Assembly (NCBI GenBank): GCA_043807085.1
Contig: JAZDGI010000005.1
Coordinates: 5,816 to 69,815, forward strand
DNA from: a bacterium
GTDB taxonomy: Bacteria; Patescibacteriota; Minisyncoccia; Minisyncoccales; JAZDGI01
DNA: 64,000 nucleotides
Direction: 5' to 3'
Part shown: one piece after another, positions 61,970 to 64,000 of the stretch
Layout: each line of letters opens with the position of its first letter
Numbering within the stretch: position 1 is the stretch's first letter
Notes under the pieces: generated by a model
What the model saw: only the letters and a program-made list of their open reading frames with translations
Told to the model about the DNA's origin: nothing
Databases searched by the model: none
Translations under genes and position numbers: made by a program

Positions 61970-63665
61970 ATTTATGATTAAAGACAGCAACAAAATATTT
62001 TTGCTTGGAAATGAGGCGATAGTGCGCGGGGCTTTAGCCTCGGGCGTTGATTTTGTGGCAACGTATCCAGGGACGCCTTCTTCGGAAATCGGCAACATCT
62101 TCAATAAAATTGCCAAAGAAAACGGCGTTTATTTTGAATTTTCCACTAACGAAAAGGCGGCTTTGGAGGCTGGAATAGGAGCTTCGTTTTCTGGATTGAA
62201 AACAATGGTGGCGATGAAAAATTTCGGCCTTAACGTTTGCCTGGATTCTTTAATTCCGTTTGTTTATACTGGCAGCAAAGGAGCGACCGTTATCGTCGTG
62301 GCTGACGATCCTTCCTGTCACAGCTCGGCCCAGTCAGAAGAAAATACAAGGCCGATAGCTGATTTGGCCCATATCCCGATTCTAGAGCCGGCCGATCCGC
62401 AGGAATGTTTTGATTTTGTGAAGCTCGGCTTTGAAATTTCCGAAAAGTTTAGCCTTCCGATTTTGATCAGGACGACAACAAGAGTGGCGCATCAAAGCGC
62501 TCAAGTAAGTTTGGGCGAAATCCGAAATCCAAAACCCCTGCCTGGCCGGCAGGCAGGCGAAATCCAAAATGGCAGGTTTGTTAGAGATCAAAAAAGGTTC
62601 GTGACGATGCCGCCGCGGGTTTTGGAGATGAAAAAAGAGCTTTTGGAAAAAATAGAAAAAATCCGGCTTTTCGCTGAGCAAAACACAAAAAACAAGACAC
62701 AAAATACGAAAATAGGTATAATTACCTCCGGAGTTTCTTATTTATATGTCATGGAGGCGTTAAAGGAACTCAATTTAAATTTGCCGGCTTTGAAGCTTGA
62801 TTTTTTCTATCCTTTGCCGGAAAAGAAAATTAAAAGTTTCATTAAGAATTTTAAAAAGGTCTTAATCGTTGAGGAATTGGAGCCGTTTTTGGAAAAAGAA
62901 ATTGAAAGATTGGCAAAAGAAGCTAATTGCCGGCTTGAAATTCACGGCAAAGATTTATTGCCAATCGTCGGCGAGCTCAAACCAGAAATCGTTGAAGTCG
63001 CTATCGCCAAACTCGTCGGCAGAAAATTAGAAATTAGAAATTCGAAATTAGAAATTTCGCAGATTAAGCATCTGCCGAGGTTTTGCCCGGGATGCCCATA
63101 TCATATGGTTTTTGCAGCGATAAAAAAAGCTACTCCTTTGGATGCGATTTTTGGCGGCGACATCGGCTGTTATATGCTGGGAGCGATTCCGCCTCAAGGG
63201 CTTTACGATTACCTTTCTTCAATGGGGTCATCTATCGGCATTGGGCATGGAGTTTCCAAGGCAACCAACCAGAAGGTGATTACTTTTATCGGGGACTCAA
63301 CTTTTTTCCATGCCGGAATTCCCGCTTTATTGAATGCGGTTTTTAATAAATCAAATCCTTTGATTATTATTTTAGATAACGGCACAACGGCCATGACCGG
63401 CCATCAGCCGAATCCGGGCACAGCCGTGAAAAAAGATTCTAAATACGAATTTGAATGGAAAGGCTATGGACAAAACTCACTGGCGTCAGAAAAGCCATTA
63501 TCCATTGAGGAAATTGTTAAGGCCTGCGGCGTTAAAAATTTAAAAGTCGTTAATTCTTTCAATCTAAGCGAAGTGGAAGCTGCCGTGAAAGAATTTTTGC
63601 CGAGAGCAGAAGTTTCAGTAATAATCGCCCGGGGAATCTGCGCCTTGCTCGCCAAAAAATTATGA
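61962..63665 (+). CDS. iorA: Indolepyruvate:ferredoxin oxidoreductase alpha subunit-like (TPP enzyme)
   Basis: 567 aa. LLGNEAIVRGALASGVDFVATYPGTPSSEI, a CPGCPY motif and a TPP-binding GDSTFFHAG. It contains several micro-repeats. Confidence 0.85.
   Translation: MSKFMIKDSNKIFLLGNEAIVRGALASGVDFVATYPGTPSSEIGNIFNKIAKENGVYFEFSTNEKAALEAGIGASFSGLKTMVAMKNFGLNVCLDSLIPFVYTGSKGATVIVVADDPSCHSSAQSEENTRPIADLAHIPILEPADPQECFDFVKLGFEISEKFSLPILIRTTTRVAHQSAQVSLGEIRNPKPLPGRQAGEIQNGRFVRDQKRFVTMPPRVLEMKKELLEKIEKIRLFAEQNTKNKTQNTKIGIITSGVSYLYVMEALKELNLNLPALKLDFFYPLPEKKIKSFIKNFKKVLIVEELEPFLEKEIERLAKEANCRLEIHGKDLLPIVGELKPEIVEVAIAKLVGRKLEIRNSKLEISQIKHLPRFCPGCPYHMVFAAIKKATPLDAIFGGDIGCYMLGAIPPQGLYDYLSSMGSSIGIGHGVSKATNQKVITFIGDSTFFHAGIPALLNAVFNKSNPLIIILDNGTTAMTGHQPNPGTAVKKDSKYEFEWKGYGQNSLASEKPLSIEEIVKACGVKNLKVVNSFNLSEVEAAVKEFLPRAEVSVIIARGICALLAKKL
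62517..62569 (+). repeat. Composite: GAAATCC heptamers plus a GC-rich palindrome flanked by an 11-nt direct repeat, in frame in iorA
   Basis: GAAATCC occurs at 62517, 62524 and 62559. The hairpin is CCTGCCTG-GCCGG-CAGGCAGG at 62537..62557. GAAATCCAAAA occurs at 62524..62534 and again at 62559..62569. The segment encodes EIRNPKPLPGRQAGEIQN. Confidence 0.9.
62679..62713 (+). repeat. Degenerate heptanucleotide-periodic tract in iorA
   Basis: CAAAACA CAAAAAA CAAGACA CAAAATA CGAAAAT encodes (E)QNTKNKTQNTKI. Confidence 0.7.
63024..63051 (+). repeat. Heptanucleotide tandem repeat in iorA (AAATTAG x2, AAATTCG, AAATTAG)
   Basis: Encodes KLEIRNSKLE. The one variant unit (TCG in place of TAG) removes what would otherwise be an in-frame stop codon. 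Confidence 0.95.
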
Positions 63666-64000
63666 AAGATTTCAATATTATCATCAATGGCGTTGGAGGG
63701 CAGGGGTTAATTACCTTGCTGAAAATTATTTCTGAAGCCGCCAAAAGCTCTGGTTTTGACATTAGAGCTTCCGAACTCCATGGTCTGTCCCAGAGAGGCG
63801 GATCAGTAGAGGTTTATATCAGGTTTGGCAAAAAAATCTGGTCTCCGTTAGTCTCTCAAGGAAAAGCTGATTTAATAATTTCTCTGGAAGAGCAGGAATC
63901 TTTAAACGGCTTGTATTATTCTTCTCCAAACACCGCTTTTTTGATCAATCAATACCGCACGCCGACTTTTACCAAAGACCGAACAGAAGAAGAGGTTCTA
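63662..64000 (+). CDS. iorB: Indolepyruvate:ferredoxin oxidoreductase beta subunit-like, N-terminal part (runs off the window end)
   Basis: Not in the track because it is open at the window edge. The ATG at 63662 forms an ATGA overlap with the iorA stop. MKDFNIIINGVGGQGLITLLKIISEAAKSSGFDIRASELHGLSQRGGSV matches the gamma/beta-subunit pattern of 2-oxoacid:ferredoxin oxidoreductases. Confidence 0.8.
   Translation, partial: MKDFNIIINGVGGQGLITLLKIISEAAKSSGFDIRASELHGLSQRGGSVEVYIRFGKKIWSPLVSQGKADLIISLEEQESLNGLYYSSPNTAFLINQYRTPTFTKDRTEEEVL

Noticed and set aside
38460-63051. CRISPR array or phase-variation microsatellite interpretation of the short tandem repeats
   Set aside because: The units are 7 nt with no spacers, 21-35 nt in total, and located inside essential conserved genes. 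No cas genes are present. Simple on/off phase variation of aminoacyl-tRNA synthetases is implausible.

Overview
This window looks like the origin-proximal 64 kb of a small, AT-rich, very gene-dense bacterial chromosome. It uses the standard genetic code: TGA ends rpmH and smpB at the expected positions. The left edge has rnpA and rpmH diverging from dnaA and dnaN, with DnaA boxes in the dnaA-dnaN spacer. I call about 75 protein genes, mostly on the + strand. They include six aminoacyl-tRNA synthetases (tyrS, argS, ileS, glyQS, metG, leuS), a complete F1Fo ATP synthase operon, and replication/repair genes (dnaA, dnaN, holA, mutM, recO, PolX, a stand-alone 5'-3' exonuclease, EndoQ). Also present are cell-wall genes (class A PBP, a MurE-like ligase, glmS), a PilB-like ATPase with comEA, a two-component system, hisB-hisC, and iorAB. 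Genes missing from the ORF track but recovered by hand are rpmH, rnpA (partial), rpmI, iorB (partial), tRNA-Arg(CCG) and tmRNA. The gene content and several oddities suggest a reduced Patescibacteria/CPR-type genome; this is inference only. No rRNA, CRISPR array, transposase, integrase or prophage is visible.

The most interesting signals are:
- IleRS carries a ~200-aa histidine-phosphatase (PGAM-like) domain inserted in its catalytic body.
- A family of period-7 tandem micro-repeats sits in frame inside housekeeping genes (PolX, ileS x2, metG, iorA x3).
- A GC-rich palindromic micro-element (core CCTGCC(T)GGCCGGCAGGCA) is inserted in frame in mutM and iorA, each copy flanked by direct repeats of the target.
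- The palindromic octamers CCGGCCGG and GGCCGGCC are strongly over-represented across the window, in all three reading frames.
- A nucleotidyltransferase toxin-antitoxin-like cassette is bracketed by a 39-nt duplication of the 3' end of the gene it landed in.
- An orphan ~160-nt RNA gene has a consensus promoter and an intrinsic terminator, and sits upstream of a SLOG / beta-barrel / EndoQ operon.
- The smpB stop codon lies inside the tmRNA 5' acceptor stem.
- Two unexplained structured non-coding regions lie at 6.2-6.7 kb and 10.76-10.88 kb.
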